NCBI GenBank assembly: GCA_010093815.1
Contig: ML996566.1
Strand: one strand, 5' to 3'
Source: Pseudovirgaria hyperparasitica
Taxonomy: Eukaryota
Length of the DNA stretch: 64,000 nucleotides
Positions within the stretch are counted from its first letter, which is position 1. Each line of letters starts with the position of its first letter. Positions 14,135 through 26,243 of this stretch are shown piece by piece. The notes under the pieces were generated by a model. It was given only the letters and a program-made list of their open reading frames with translations. It had not been told where the DNA came from and did not search any database. Made by a program: the position numbers and the translations under genes.

Positions 14135-15574
14135 ATGTTCACTCGCAGACTCGTATTCATCCTGCCGCTGGCAGCATGTCTCGTCTTCTTCGGTTTTATT
14201 GCACAGCGCCTCCTCCTGGAAAGAGGAGCGGTACGATACCCATCAGTGGTGACCCCAGATCATCCTCCCGATTCATCAACATCATCCTGGCGCCCAGGAA
14301 CCCCACGGAATGCGTGGGATACAGGCAAATATGAACTCATGAGACGGCCGAAAGATGCCTCTGCCCCATGGACGCATCGCGAATTAGTGTCGCTTACAAC
14401 ACCAGGTGGGGAATACATCATGATCAATTTCGGAGTCGTCGAAGGTGCCATCAATCCAAACATGTTACCACATCCTAAATTGAACGACACATGGATCCTC
14501 GTTGCACAACACGGTAAACTAAAAGGATTCCCGAATTTCTCTCCCGAGGAATCATTTTACTTTGATGAATTGACATGCCTGGCAAATTTCACGTCTCCGG
14601 GAACATTACAATGCATGACTCCGCCTCTGCTACTCCCGATAGCCAATGCACCAAACAGCCATGGGTGTGTAGGCAAGAGTATCTGGATTCTTTCTACCAA
14701 TATTGGTCCTCATGATGCTCGAGTGGTCTATGGTCCGGAGTTTCCAATCATTGTATACGGAGAGAAATCACAATACACCTGCTTCAGTCTATGGATGCAA
14801 GATTTTCGCGTCCTTGTGGACTGGGAATACGACACATCTTGGGACAGAGTAACGGCAGTCAATACCTCTGGCTTACGGCATGCTGTCGAAATGCAGCGCC
14901 CGCCGCCTATTGGAATTGTAGAGAAGAACTATTTTCTTTTCTGGGATTTCGAAAACCAAATGTACGCTCATTTCGATATTGCACCTGAACGTGCTTTCGC
15001 AAAAATCGAGAACGACGGCTCTGTGGGCCCAAACCTCGCATCCGATGTGTCCATCACCGATCTGGAGTGTATGAACAAGTATATGCCCAAGACTGGTCCA
15101 GAATTGGAGGACATCCACCAAGCAACGAATTCTTTGTCCATCACCCTTTGTGACCGCGCGGATCCCAAATGTAGTCCAGACACTGAGAACACCTTCATAA
15201 TGACAATATGGCAGTGGAAATCCTACCATTCCTTCCATGGTGCTTACGAGCCATATCTTGCACTTTTTAAGCGAATGGCACCCTTCGAGCTCTATGGCTT
15301 GACCACGAAACCTTTCTGGATGCGAGGCCGAGGCGGATTTGGCGAGGGAAGGCTGCCTGATCCAAACGCAAATGACCAGATAAAGGCTGAATGGAACCAG
15401 ACCGAGATGCTCTACGTTACGAGTATGGCCTGGAAAGAACCTGGTCTTAGATATCATGGCTTCCTGGACGATATCATCTGGATTGGTTTTGGTATCGAGG
15501 ACAACTACACCGCGGCTATGGACGTGAAAGCAAGAGATTTGTTTCCCGATCTGCAGCGATGCCAGTTGCCATGA
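14135..15574 (+). CDS. Fungal type II membrane protein, probable beta-propeller carbohydrate-active enzyme (GT91/GH130-like)
   Basis: Intronless 479-aa ORF with an N-terminal TM anchor and motifs INPNMLPHP, GPHDARV, EKNYFLF and GFGIED. Function is inferred. Confidence 0.75.
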   Translation: MFTRRLVFILPLAACLVFFGFIAQRLLLERGAVRYPSVVTPDHPPDSSTSSWRPGTPRNAWDTGKYELMRRPKDASAPWTHRELVSLTTPGGEYIMINFGVVEGAINPNMLPHPKLNDTWILVAQHGKLKGFPNFSPEESFYFDELTCLANFTSPGTLQCMTPPLLLPIANAPNSHGCVGKSIWILSTNIGPHDARVVYGPEFPIIVYGEKSQYTCFSLWMQDFRVLVDWEYDTSWDRVTAVNTSGLRHAVEMQRPPPIGIVEKNYFLFWDFENQMYAHFDIAPERAFAKIENDGSVGPNLASDVSITDLECMNKYMPKTGPELEDIHQATNSLSITLCDRADPKCSPDTENTFIMTIWQWKSYHSFHGAYEPYLALFKRMAPFELYGLTTKPFWMRGRGGFGEGRLPDPNANDQIKAEWNQTEMLYVTSMAWKEPGLRYHGFLDDIIWIGFGIEDNYTAAMDVKARDLFPDLQRCQLP

Positions 15575-15857
15575 GAGTGACAGCCAAACTTGTATTACTT
15601 TTATGAATCATGTAAAACCATGCGCTTGATGTAAATTGGATGATACCCTCATACATGATCGAGCTAAGATAGCGACGATTCGGAATAGATATCATTTACT
15701 ACTATTTGTGCTTGTTACAGCAACATGTCGAGCCTTAGGCATCAACATCACCCGCGAAGCTACCACCGCGCGTTATCAACATCCCGCGACCCATCGTACC
15801 ACTTGTAAATCCACGTCCTGTCGGCTCTCTGTACTATTGTAATACAATCGAATCACA

Positions 15858-17369
15858 ATGTCTAGGCAATCGATGGCCCCGTCACGCAATCCTTCTCTGC
15901 TCGAAGAACTAGAGAAGCTTGAGCAATCTATAACTTTGACGCTTCAAGGTATGTACTATGTTGTTCCTCCAAGCGACAGGGTCTCACACCGTTCCCAGAA
16001 ATCGATTCGAACTTTAGTCGCGCACACCGTATTGTAACCACATCGATTATACCAGTGGTACAAGAATATGCCAAACATTCTGAGGCCGTGTGGGAAGGTT
16101 CGAAGGTACATTTCGACCCCGCAGCACTTTTCTGCCAGCATAGACTGACGCTTTTATACACTCACAGTTTTGGAAACAATTCTTTGAATCCAGCGCGAAT
16201 GTCTCTCTCGACGGATATGAAGTTGCGCCGCCAGAAGATTCCATCATTCCGGATGAGAACAACACCACTCAACAATCCTCTAGCTATGACACGAATGTCG
16301 ATGAAGATACCATAACAGGCTCCTCCATAACCCCTCCCAAACCTGCTCCCACCGAAGCAGACGATGAACTCTCCACCGAAGTCCTCTCTTCTCCCTCCGC
16401 CGCGCACGCGCACAGTACACCCCGCCAACCAGGCGCTGCCGGCACATCATTCGCATCCTACGGCTCGCCGTACGAGTCCATGAAGCGCTCCATGGCCGGC
16501 CTATCCACACGCAGTCCCCCATCCTCTCCTATAATCGACCCCAGAACGCCCGCAGGCAACACCCGCGCCACGCTTCCAGATACCTCCATGACCCCTGAAT
16601 CCTCCCCTTTCAATCCGCCCACATCCACAGCAACACGCACAAACGTCAATCAAGATCCGTTGCTCCACCAGATGTTGGACAAAACCTATCGTATTGCAGC
16701 GACACCTCATACTGCCCGCAAGCAAGCCCAGCCTCCAGCGTCCCGCACAGGCTTGGGCCCAAAGCAAAGAGCTCACAAGCCGTCCACGGGCTTGACGCCC
16801 TCAACGCGCGGCCATCAGTCTGCGCCATCAGCGCTCGATTCCTCGCCGTTTGGCTCGTCGCCTGAGATCGCGGCGCCGCAACTGCGTGCGGATATATTTT
16901 CTAGTCCCATAAAGGGCGGGTTCGGAGGCCCGCGAACACCGGGTGTGAGTGTGATGGCGTCGGCGCGGAAGAATATTGCGACTCCGGCGCAGAGGGAGGG
17001 TGTGGTTGGCGCCGGCGCGAATTTGTTTAGCCAAAACCGTACGGACCGTACGGGTGGTGGCTTTGGGGCCGAAAAGACTTTGGAATGGGATAGCGACGAT
17101 GATTTCGAGGAAGAGCTGGGCTTCAGTCCACCTAAGACTATGCAGTTCCATGTACCGCAGAGCCGCCTTCTACAGACACCTGGTAAGTTCGTGTTATGCT
17201 GCGTATGTTACATTCTAACAGACATACAGCACGAGAGGCAAGCAAGAGAATTGTAGAGGACCTGCTACTGACCGCCGGAGCCGACTTCACAGACGAATTG
17301 GACTCAAAGCAAGAGGATGATAGTCCTAGCGTGGTGCGCAGGCACAATGAGATGGATGACACCTTTTGA
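15858..17369 (+). CDS. ASK1: DASH/Dam1 complex subunit Ask1
   Basis: Spliced N-terminus EELEKLEQSITLTLQ|EIDSNFSRAHRIVTTSIIPVVQEYAKHSEAVWEGSK|FWKQFFESSANVSL; C-terminal SPPKTMQFHVPQSRLLQTP|AREASKRIVEDLL. Three introns. Confidence 0.92.
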
Positions 17370-17576
17370 GGAACAGAACAGTATACGTTCCAGAACTCCG
17401 ACAATGCATTGTACGACGTGTACGTAAGACTACAAATTTCAGCGAGTGTAATACTCCTTAACGAAAATCCGCGAGGCCAAGATTTGCACCAGTATCTTCC
17501 AAACGCCAATTCATCATTCTGCGCCAAGTGTAATTTGGGTATAAAGCTGTCCCACGCGTTCAAACTATGATGCCTC

Positions 17577-18581
17577 TCATTGGCGGTGTTCTAAGTCCCA
17601 TTCGCTCCCGGCTTCACTCCCAACATCTGTCCAGCTGGAGGGAGTATCTCGCCCGTGCCCAACCTCACTAAATTCACTCATGGCATCGTCATCATTGTGC
17701 AACGAGTGCAGGGAGGGTGACATAACGGCGATGTCATCAGCGTGTGTTCCGACAACGGAAGCACCAGTCGCAAACCCATCTGACGTCGGTGTAAGGATAC
17801 CGGATGACATGGATGCGGCTCGGGAGTGGGGAGGAGAAACGAAGGAGTGGTAGGATTCTTCCGTGGAATAGACAGAGGCATCTTGAGAATGTATGGCAGT
17901 AGCCCCGGCATCGTGAGCAAGGCTCTGATCAGGAATCATCTTAGGTGTATCGGCTGCCAGAGTCGAGGGTGACTGCAGGGCTTCCTGTGTATGATCATCG
18001 GCCGTTCCAATCAAGCTTTCATCATGTAGACCATCCAACTCATCAGCGAAAGGATTCGCAAAGTGAGTACCACACTTCAAACCCGCTTCGGCACGTCCTC
18101 TAGCTTTGAGTCCACTGTGATCTTCGGTCGTCTCTCTTGCAGTTGTGGCGGCTTTGTCGGCTTTATTTCTCGCCCTTCGCTCCGACTTGAGCATGCCATC
18201 AGCACCAACAATGTCGTCGAAACTCTTGCCACTGTCAGCTCTCTTGACAGTGCGGTTCGTATGCCAGCCTTCGTCTTGGCCTACGCTTGCCAGCTCGTCC
18301 AAGTCAACAGCTACACCCTCGTCCCTCGCCTTACGAATTATAGCTGATCGTCGTCTTCGAATGAGCATCTCCTGTAGTCTGCGACGCTCTTCTTCCTCGG
18401 TCGTGCCACTGCTTGAATGTTGTGACCTTGCCGAACTATCGCCCTGGCCGTTCCAGGCTACGGCGATCTTTCGGCGGTTTTGTTCGAGCCATCGTCGAAA
18501 TTCAGGGCTCTCGTAGATGGCGATTCCGGCGGCTATGATGATGCCGGACGCGAGGATGATGCCTGGGTGGCGAGTCAGCAT
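17577..18581 (-). CDS. Conserved fungal hypothetical protein with N-terminal signal-anchor and Ser/Asp-rich tail
   Basis: Intronless 334-aa ORF; GIILASGIIIAAGIAIYESPEFRRWLEQNRRKIAVA, FANPFADE, TPSSWTDVGSE. Confidence 0.75.
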   Translation of the reverse strand: MLTRHPGIILASGIIIAAGIAIYESPEFRRWLEQNRRKIAVAWNGQGDSSARSQHSSSGTTEEEERRRLQEMLIRRRRSAIIRKARDEGVAVDLDELASVGQDEGWHTNRTVKRADSGKSFDDIVGADGMLKSERRARNKADKAATTARETTEDHSGLKARGRAEAGLKCGTHFANPFADELDGLHDESLIGTADDHTQEALQSPSTLAADTPKMIPDQSLAHDAGATAIHSQDASVYSTEESYHSFVSPPHSRAASMSSGILTPTSDGFATGASVVGTHADDIAVMSPSLHSLHNDDDAMSEFSEVGHGRDTPSSWTDVGSEAGSEWDLEHRQ

Positions 18582-19369
18582 TTTCAGGGTCTGAGGGGTC
18601 TGAAGAGGAGAATAAATGGTAGCGTAGAGTGTACAAGGCTTTTATGCAGGTTTCAGGATCGAAAGGCCTTGTCACACGACTTGATCTACTGTTGCGGCAG
18701 TGCTTCGCCACGGGCGGCGTCATTGGTGCGATGGAGGGGCAAATACCTTTGGCAAGTGGGGCAGGCATATCGACTGTTTCGTCCTCAAGACAGCAGTATC
18801 TGCGATGATAGATGTCTGAACTATATTCAGATTCAGTTCACTCACTCGCTCGGAGAAGGAGAAGAAGACGAAAGCAACCTCGAGTAAGCTGATGAGAGCG
18901 GCCAATGTGGCGGTTAAGTAGGCATTGTGCAGTGGCGGCCCAGAGCTATGGCCGCGTATCCACCTGCCCCAGCTCACAGAACCTTGGAACGGAGGTTGGT
19001 TCGAAGGTTCATAGTCGCGATGATTGGCTTGGTATTCGGACACTAGCCACAGTGCTTCCCAATTTTGATGTTGACGGTGACATCCTGTCTCAAAGTGTGA
19101 CTTTCGTAGTGGAGTGACATGCAAGTGGACTGAATGCAAATTTGCCCAGATGTAGACCGTGAGCTTTTACTACCCTGTTACTGTAGCTTATTAGTTCACG
19201 AGAAGAGCCGTTTCACGCGAACATATCTAATTTTACAACAAATTATTGAGACAAGTACAAATCCTACAAATCCTATTCCGAAGCTCCGTATATATGCTAT
19301 TTATTGAATCTACTAGATTGTTAGATGAACCCTTTGTTTGCCCACAATCTACTGTCATATATTTCTCTA

Positions 19370-21521
19370 TTAGTAGGATCTCTTCTTTGGTGGCACATGC
19401 TGATGATAATTATCAGTACAAGAATTCACGATACTAAACAGGAGACTTGACTCACTTCGCACTCGCTCTGATCAAGCGTGTTCATCTGTACGGCTCTCGT
19501 CCCAAGTCGGACTTTGTCCGTGATGTCCTTTTGCCAACTCAAGCTGTGTTTCATCCACTTCTCATCTATCCGGTCAGGAAAGTCGTCTCGGGCGTGGCTT
19601 CCTCTGCTTTCCTGTCGCTCTAGAGCTGAGGACACAGTCTGTGCTGCATTAGTCAGGAGGTTCCGCGTTTCCAGTGTCTCGATCAAGTCCGAATTCCAGA
19701 TTAGAGACTTGTCCCGAACGTTCACATCTTCAGAGAAATCGTGACAGATCTTTTCCAGCTTCTCAACGCCTGTGGCTAGTGATTCTTCTGTTCTGAAGAC
19801 GGCTGCGTTAGCCTGCATGTTCGTTTGCATATCACCCCTGAGAGATGCGGTCAAGGTCTTGCCGTCAGCGTTCAGGAACTTTAGGACGTCCGTCAACGAA
19901 TCATTTCCAATGTCCTTCGGTGCTGGTTCGTGCTTTTCACCCGGAGAGAATTTTGCTTGAATGTCCAATGCTGCGGCGCGCCCGAATACGACAATGTCTA
20001 ACAGCGAATTTGCGCCTAGACGATTGGCACCATGAACACTAACGCAGGCGACTTCGCCAACTGCGTAGAGTCCCGGAACGGCATGTTCAGATCCGTCAGT
20101 TGAAACGTCGAGCACTTCGCCTTTGTAGTTTGTGGGAATACCACCCATGCAGTAATGCACGGTTGGTAGAATTGGAATCGGCTCTTACAGAGAGTCAGTT
20201 CTGACTCTCGTTTTGGGATTTCGTTACTCACGTTTTGTAATATCAACGCCCGCAAAGATAGCGGCTGTCTCCGCAATACCAGGCAGTCGTTCCATGATGA
20301 TATCCTTAGGAAGATGGGATAGTTGCAAATGTATATGATCTTTATTTGGTCCAACGCCACGGCCTTGTAGAATCTCGAGGTTCTCAGATCGTGATACAAC
20401 GTCTCGGGAGGCCAGATCTTTCGCCGTTGGAGCATATCGCTCCATGAACCGCTCTCCCTCGCTGTTTAGGAGGAAACCACCCTCACCTCGGGCGCCCTCT
20501 GTGATAAGCACACCGGCACCATAAATACCAGATGGATGGAACTGCACAAATTCCATGTCCTGGAGAGGTAAGCCTGCGCGTGCTGCCATAGCCGTGCCGT
20601 CTCCAGTTGAAGTATGCGCACTTGTGCAGCTAAAGTATGCCCGACCGTAACCTGAACGTTTGTTAGATAATCAAGATCGTATCGATTGCGACATTGTATT
20701 TTACCTCCGGCAGCCAGCACAGTATTCTTCGCGAAGATGCGATGGAAAGTCCCATCTTCCATCGACATTGCAGTCACACCAACACACTTGCCGTCAATCA
20801 TCATCAGGTCCTGAGCGAAATACTCAATGAAGAACTTGCAATCATGCTTTAATGATTGACCGTATAGAGTGTGCAGCATAGCATGCCCTGTTCGGTCTGA
20901 CACACATGCTGTTCGATAAGCCTGTCCTCCAGTCCCGAACTGTTGACTTTGTCCTCCAATAGCACGCTGATAGATCTTACCCTCTGACGTTCGTGAGAAA
21001 GGCATTCCATATCTCTCGAGTTCAATGATTGCTTCCTCTGCCTCGCGCGTCATGTAATGGATAGCATCTTGGTCGCCAAGCCAATCTGATCCTTTGACAG
21101 TATCGTACATATGCCATCGCCAATCGTCGTGATGGATATTTCCAAGCGCCGCGTTAATGCCTCCTTGCGCTGCTACAGTGTGTGATCTAGTTGGGAACTA
21201 GGTTCAGGTTAGAAGAGATGGACAAGTCTCGTGATCATGGCTCCCTACCAATTTTGTTATACATGCTGTATTCATGCCAGCTTCAACCAGACCCACAGCA
21301 GCCCTGAGGCCTGCACCACCAGCACCAATGACTATCGCGCTACAAAATGTCAGCTTCGTGCAACTTGTATAAAGAATGCCATACTCATAGTGATGGTCGA
21401 CGACGGTGTAATCCTTGAGATTAATTGAGGTCGCATAAGTGTGTCTTGCGCCTGGTAATGTTTTCCATTGATGTGCTTTATATCTAAGAAGGCCACGTAA
21501 CGTAGAGCTTGAGGTGCGCAT
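19370..21521 (-). CDS. SDH1: Succinate dehydrogenase flavoprotein subunit (SDH1 family, probably a second paralogue)
   Basis: Presequence, [30 protein letters not shown] (FAD-binding His), [41 protein letters not shown]-terminal VPPKKRSY*. Five introns. Confidence 0.95.
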
Positions 21522-23868
21522 GATGGAGAGTAGGCCCAAGTCTCACGCACACATGCTCATACTGTGAAGGTGAAAGAAGAACACCTTTTTGACACGATCC
21601 ACTCCCATCGACATTGGTAACGCCCCGCGTGGCTCACCCAAAGTGCCGACGAAACCAAGGTAATTGAATGATCTCCCGGCTAATGGGTTGAATCGTAGGG
21701 CTAGTTATGTAGATTTAGTCTTGGTTTATTTCCTCCAATCAGCGCTCGTGCATTTTGAAGCTTAACGGAGACTTATAGTTAAACGCTTCGCGACATGAGT
21801 TTTATTTCCCATGATGCACATGTCTTGTCTAATTAGCCTTTGCGGGGAAACAGCTCTCGGGAATAAAATATACACCATTGTTATCTCCAGATATATGTGC
21901 CGAATCGAGACTAGCTCCACTCCTGAATTGAGAAACACCCAAAATGAGCACCACGTTTGAGCAGAGTATATCATCGCATTGATATTTCAGTCCAGAACCT
22001 GTCGCATGCTTTTTACCATATTGAAGTTTTGAAACATACATGCAGCCCATGAAACTTCTGGATAAACACCAGACTTCATCGTTAAGATTGAAAACCCACG
22101 CCAACGCTGCATCATGCGACTTCTCAGGCTCAGAGCAGCTATACGGGAGCCTCGGGAGCCTCAGGGGGTAATTCCATGTAAAGTGCAGAACACGGCCTGG
22201 AATAATAATCTAAGATGTATACTGATGGACATTCGATGACTCGAAAGCTAGAGCCTCAGGCTGCCTGGTCGTCGGTGCCTTAGCAAATTAGGTAAGCTTC
22301 GCACGCATCGCAGTCTATGTCTTTGGTATAATTAGAAGCATCAAGTAAATTGACCTATAGCATGCAAAGATAGTTTCGGATGGGATACGCTCAAGTTGAC
22401 TGCAATTATAGCTTTGCTATGATTGCAGTCAGCAGTGACGGTGGAAACTATGCAAATGCTCTGTAGAATACAAAACAAAGGTTTGTTTTGCAATATAAAT
22501 GCTGCGAATCTCTATGCACTGATTCTCGGGTAGCCGGCGAAGCTTTCAGCAATGTGTTCTCGGTTTTTTTATCCCAATTTACTGCTCAGCTCAGCACTCT
22601 TGGAGCGAAACAACTCCGTCGAGACCCAGACTTCTATTATCACTCAATATCCTTATGGCGCTCTTCTGTGTCCGCAGCGTACATGAACTTAAAGGGGTAT
22701 AACAGGCAGTTTTCGAATCGGATACTAGTCACTAATTAACCTTCCGACGTGGATTCCGCACACTTTCTGCGCATTTCCTAGCCCGTCAACGCCCATACAT
22801 AAAAACGAATATAAAAAGAATAATGAACATCAAGACAAGAGCTGATTGGCTCTTACATCTCCGGAAGGCTACATGCTGGAGCCTGGACGTATGCACGCAG
22901 CCCCCAGATCACCCGCTCAGCCTCAGCGGCCGCCCCCATTCTATATCGAGCTTCGCTAAAGGCCCCCAAACATATGCATGCATCCTCGGAGCCTTGTTTT
23001 CTCAGCCTTCATGTCCCCTTGGGATCCTGGCCTGTACCAGTGGCTTACTGGAGACAAATCAATTGACTTGCTTCATGTCACATCACATATTGGGCCATTC
23101 AGATGGCCGCACGTCCGGAGAGTCTCGCTTTAGCAGGCGTTAGCCCCAATGCATCAAGCTGCAGTTACAGTCATGATAGCGATGCGTCTCTACGACTTTC
23201 TCCTTTTTGTGGCCAAGATCGTCTCGACGTCGACTCTCGATGGATGATCGACTCAGCTGGACCACGACTCAGCTTCAGTGTGCACAAAATAGTACAACCG
23301 ACACATTTCCCGGCAGCGATGAGGATCGTTGCCAGTTGTATGCGCGAACTCGTGAGGCAACTCACCAAACTGACCGGTCAGTACCCAATGCATATGCGCA
23401 TCTATACATATCTGTCAGCCCCTCAATCTGGTTCTGTGATTGGAACGAAGATTTTATGCCAAGGAGTTATTACAGGGGTCTAGAGCTTCGCCAAAGTTGT
23501 ATCGAGATAGGTAGTCATTTGGAGGCGTGTGGTTCCGTTTCTCCCAATGCTATGGAATCTCGCCTCCAACTGCAGCCAGCTTGAGGCGTTTGGGCTGGAC
23601 GGAGTCGATCCTTTTCTAATGCTCTATTCGCCTATTTTGGCTAGATTCTCTCCCAAGATCTCGGTGGCTGAATTTCAGATCTGTTCATGGCTCTGCTTCT
23701 GGGGTTAGTTGGATGCATGCTTGTTGTTGGGCTTGATGGCCTTGACCGGGCATCTCAAGAATATAAGGCCCAGGCAAAAGCCCATTGGTAAGAGCAAGTA
23801 CTGTCCAACACGGGAATCCTCACCTCATTCCTTCAATTCTGTTTCAATTCCTCTCTTGAACAGATCAA

Positions 23869-25823
23869 ATGGCACACTCACACGAAGAGCATCATCATGA
23901 GGAGGAGGAGAAGCTCAGGTTCTTCTCCTCACCCCTGAAACATGAACCAGCTTCCTTGCCAAGGCATGAATCCAAGATCAGCGACGAGGAGAACAGGAAG
24001 GATGGTCCACATACAACGAACAATGAGATACCCTGGAATCGGGACGGCCAATTACACGAAAGCCCTGAGTTTCATCGTCACGAAGCAGCTCAGTCAATTG
24101 AGCTCTTCTATGACCTGTTCTTTGTTGCTAACCTTACGACTTTCACTGCGAATCACAACATCAATACAGTTCGAAGTGAGTTTTGCTTACGCTTTCATTC
24201 CAAAAAGGAGGCCTCGTTACTAATAATTGCTTAGCCTTGTCCTCATATGTCGGGTTTTTCTGTATTTTGTGGTTCACTTGGTACCAATCCACACTCTACG
24301 ACGTTCGCTTCGCTGTCGATAATGTTGTGGAGCGTGTCTTCAAACTCGTAAACTTCGGTGTGATGATGGGACTTGCTGCCGTGGGATCCGGATTTGATCC
24401 CGACGATACGGCTAACAAGTGGAAGACATTCAGAGAATTGACTCTTATACTGATGGTTTCGAGACTGACGCTCGTTGCTCAGTACTCCTTCACGCTGTTT
24501 TGGACCAGAAAGTATCGGCAAATCGTACTCCCTCTTTTGATGGTCATCGCCATGAGCTTCATCGCGAGCATGGTATATCTTGGTCTGTACTTTGCTTTCC
24601 AGGAAGGCAAAGACACGAATGCTTATGTCGCCTGGTACATCGTTGCTGTACTCGAAACTGTCCTCACCACTTGCGTGTCTATGAAGTGGCGAGTCATCAG
24701 TTTCAAAGGTACCCATATTCAAGAGAGGTATGCGGCATTCTTGTGTTCATGGAATGAATCAGCACTGACCTTGCTTTAGACTGAGTTTACTGACCTTGAT
24801 TATTCTTGGCGAGGGTATAATCCTTCTGTGCAAGAGTATATCATACATCATCAAGGGTTCGTGGGTCTTCACTTCCGATACCATTGGTAGCATCATAGCT
24901 GCTCTTTTGATCATATACGGTGAGTTCATCCCGAGTAGGCTCGCCAACAATCACTGACACCTACCACAGGCCTTTACCAGGTGTATTTTGATAGAGTAGT
25001 CGAACATCATTTCGGTACGATCAGGCAGCAAATATGGTCGTTCGCCCATTTCCCTATGCATATTGCGCTTGTACTGGCTCTCGAAGGTACCCGTCAATTT
25101 GTCATCTGGAGACAAGCGATTCCTATGGTGGATACAGTCTACGCCAATGTTTTTCAATGGGATTTTACAGTGCCTCAGGCACCAGAGGTCTTCGAATCCG
25201 CCATCACCACGATATGGGACTATGCCGTGTACTCTTTCTCGTTTGTGAAAGACGCGGATATCTCCAGCACGAACCAAACAGTCTACGATAGTCTGGCAAC
25301 GATTGCAAACTTGACGAACACAGCTGACCTCGCCTGTAACGAGGATTTCACGGTCTGCACTGACGACGTGTACACTATCGACGGAGCTCTCTTCGACATA
25401 TTTGTTGCGATTACGAAGTTCGAGTTCGACTTGCTCGGAATAAAGGCTCCTAAGCCAAAGGGCGACAAGAAGCCAACTCAATCAGACGTCATCACATCGT
25501 ATAGCGCAATCTTCGACATGATCTTTACATATTTCTTCATCACGGCCGGTCTCACTCTCATCCTGATAGGTATGCTGCACTGGATAGCCACTCCGCCGAA
25601 GAAACTTGGCGACTACCTTCGTGGTGGTTCGAACTTTGTTATTGGTCTTGGTCTGTGTCTGCTTTCAACAATGTCACTAGCACGAAGTCCCGACACTTAC
25701 GGCAGCGTGGACAAGTACCAATATGGGTCTTGGGTTCTATCAACATTCGTATTCGCGTTGTTCGCTAACGTTGTGCTAAACCATGTTCGCCGGCCTGCGT
25801 TCATGACGAAGACGCACAATTGA
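23869..25823 (+). CDS. LtrA (low temperature requirement A)-family multi-pass membrane protein
   Basis: IELFYDLFFVANL, ER|LSLLTLIILGEG, HFPMHIALVL and many hydrophobic segments. Three introns. Confidence 0.82.
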
Positions 25824-26243
25824 AGTTACGAGATCAAACGGCGCAAGATGAGAGAAGCTGTATGATTTATACCAGTTCCTTTCCTGCCCACAGGGTAATG
25901 GCGGTATTTCCTGTTGGATATTGTTGTCCTGTCACGGCATCTGATCCGATACTTGTTCTCATTTATAGAGTTTGTAGCGATTTTGTTAATGCCCTGCGAC
26001 TGAATTAAGATACCACTTGCTTCGCCTGATTCATTGACGCTTCATCGGGTATGGGAATTTACTTATAAACCTCATATTTACTACATGTCATACAAAATGA
26101 TCTGTCACGCACTCCTCATTACCTAAGTCCCATACGTGCAAGCTTCATGGATAAAAGTTTCACAGTTGGCATTTCCTCCCAGCGTAAGCTGTTCAGCGTC
26201 TGTATAGACAGGCTCCTCAGCTATCATAGATCCATAGTACATC

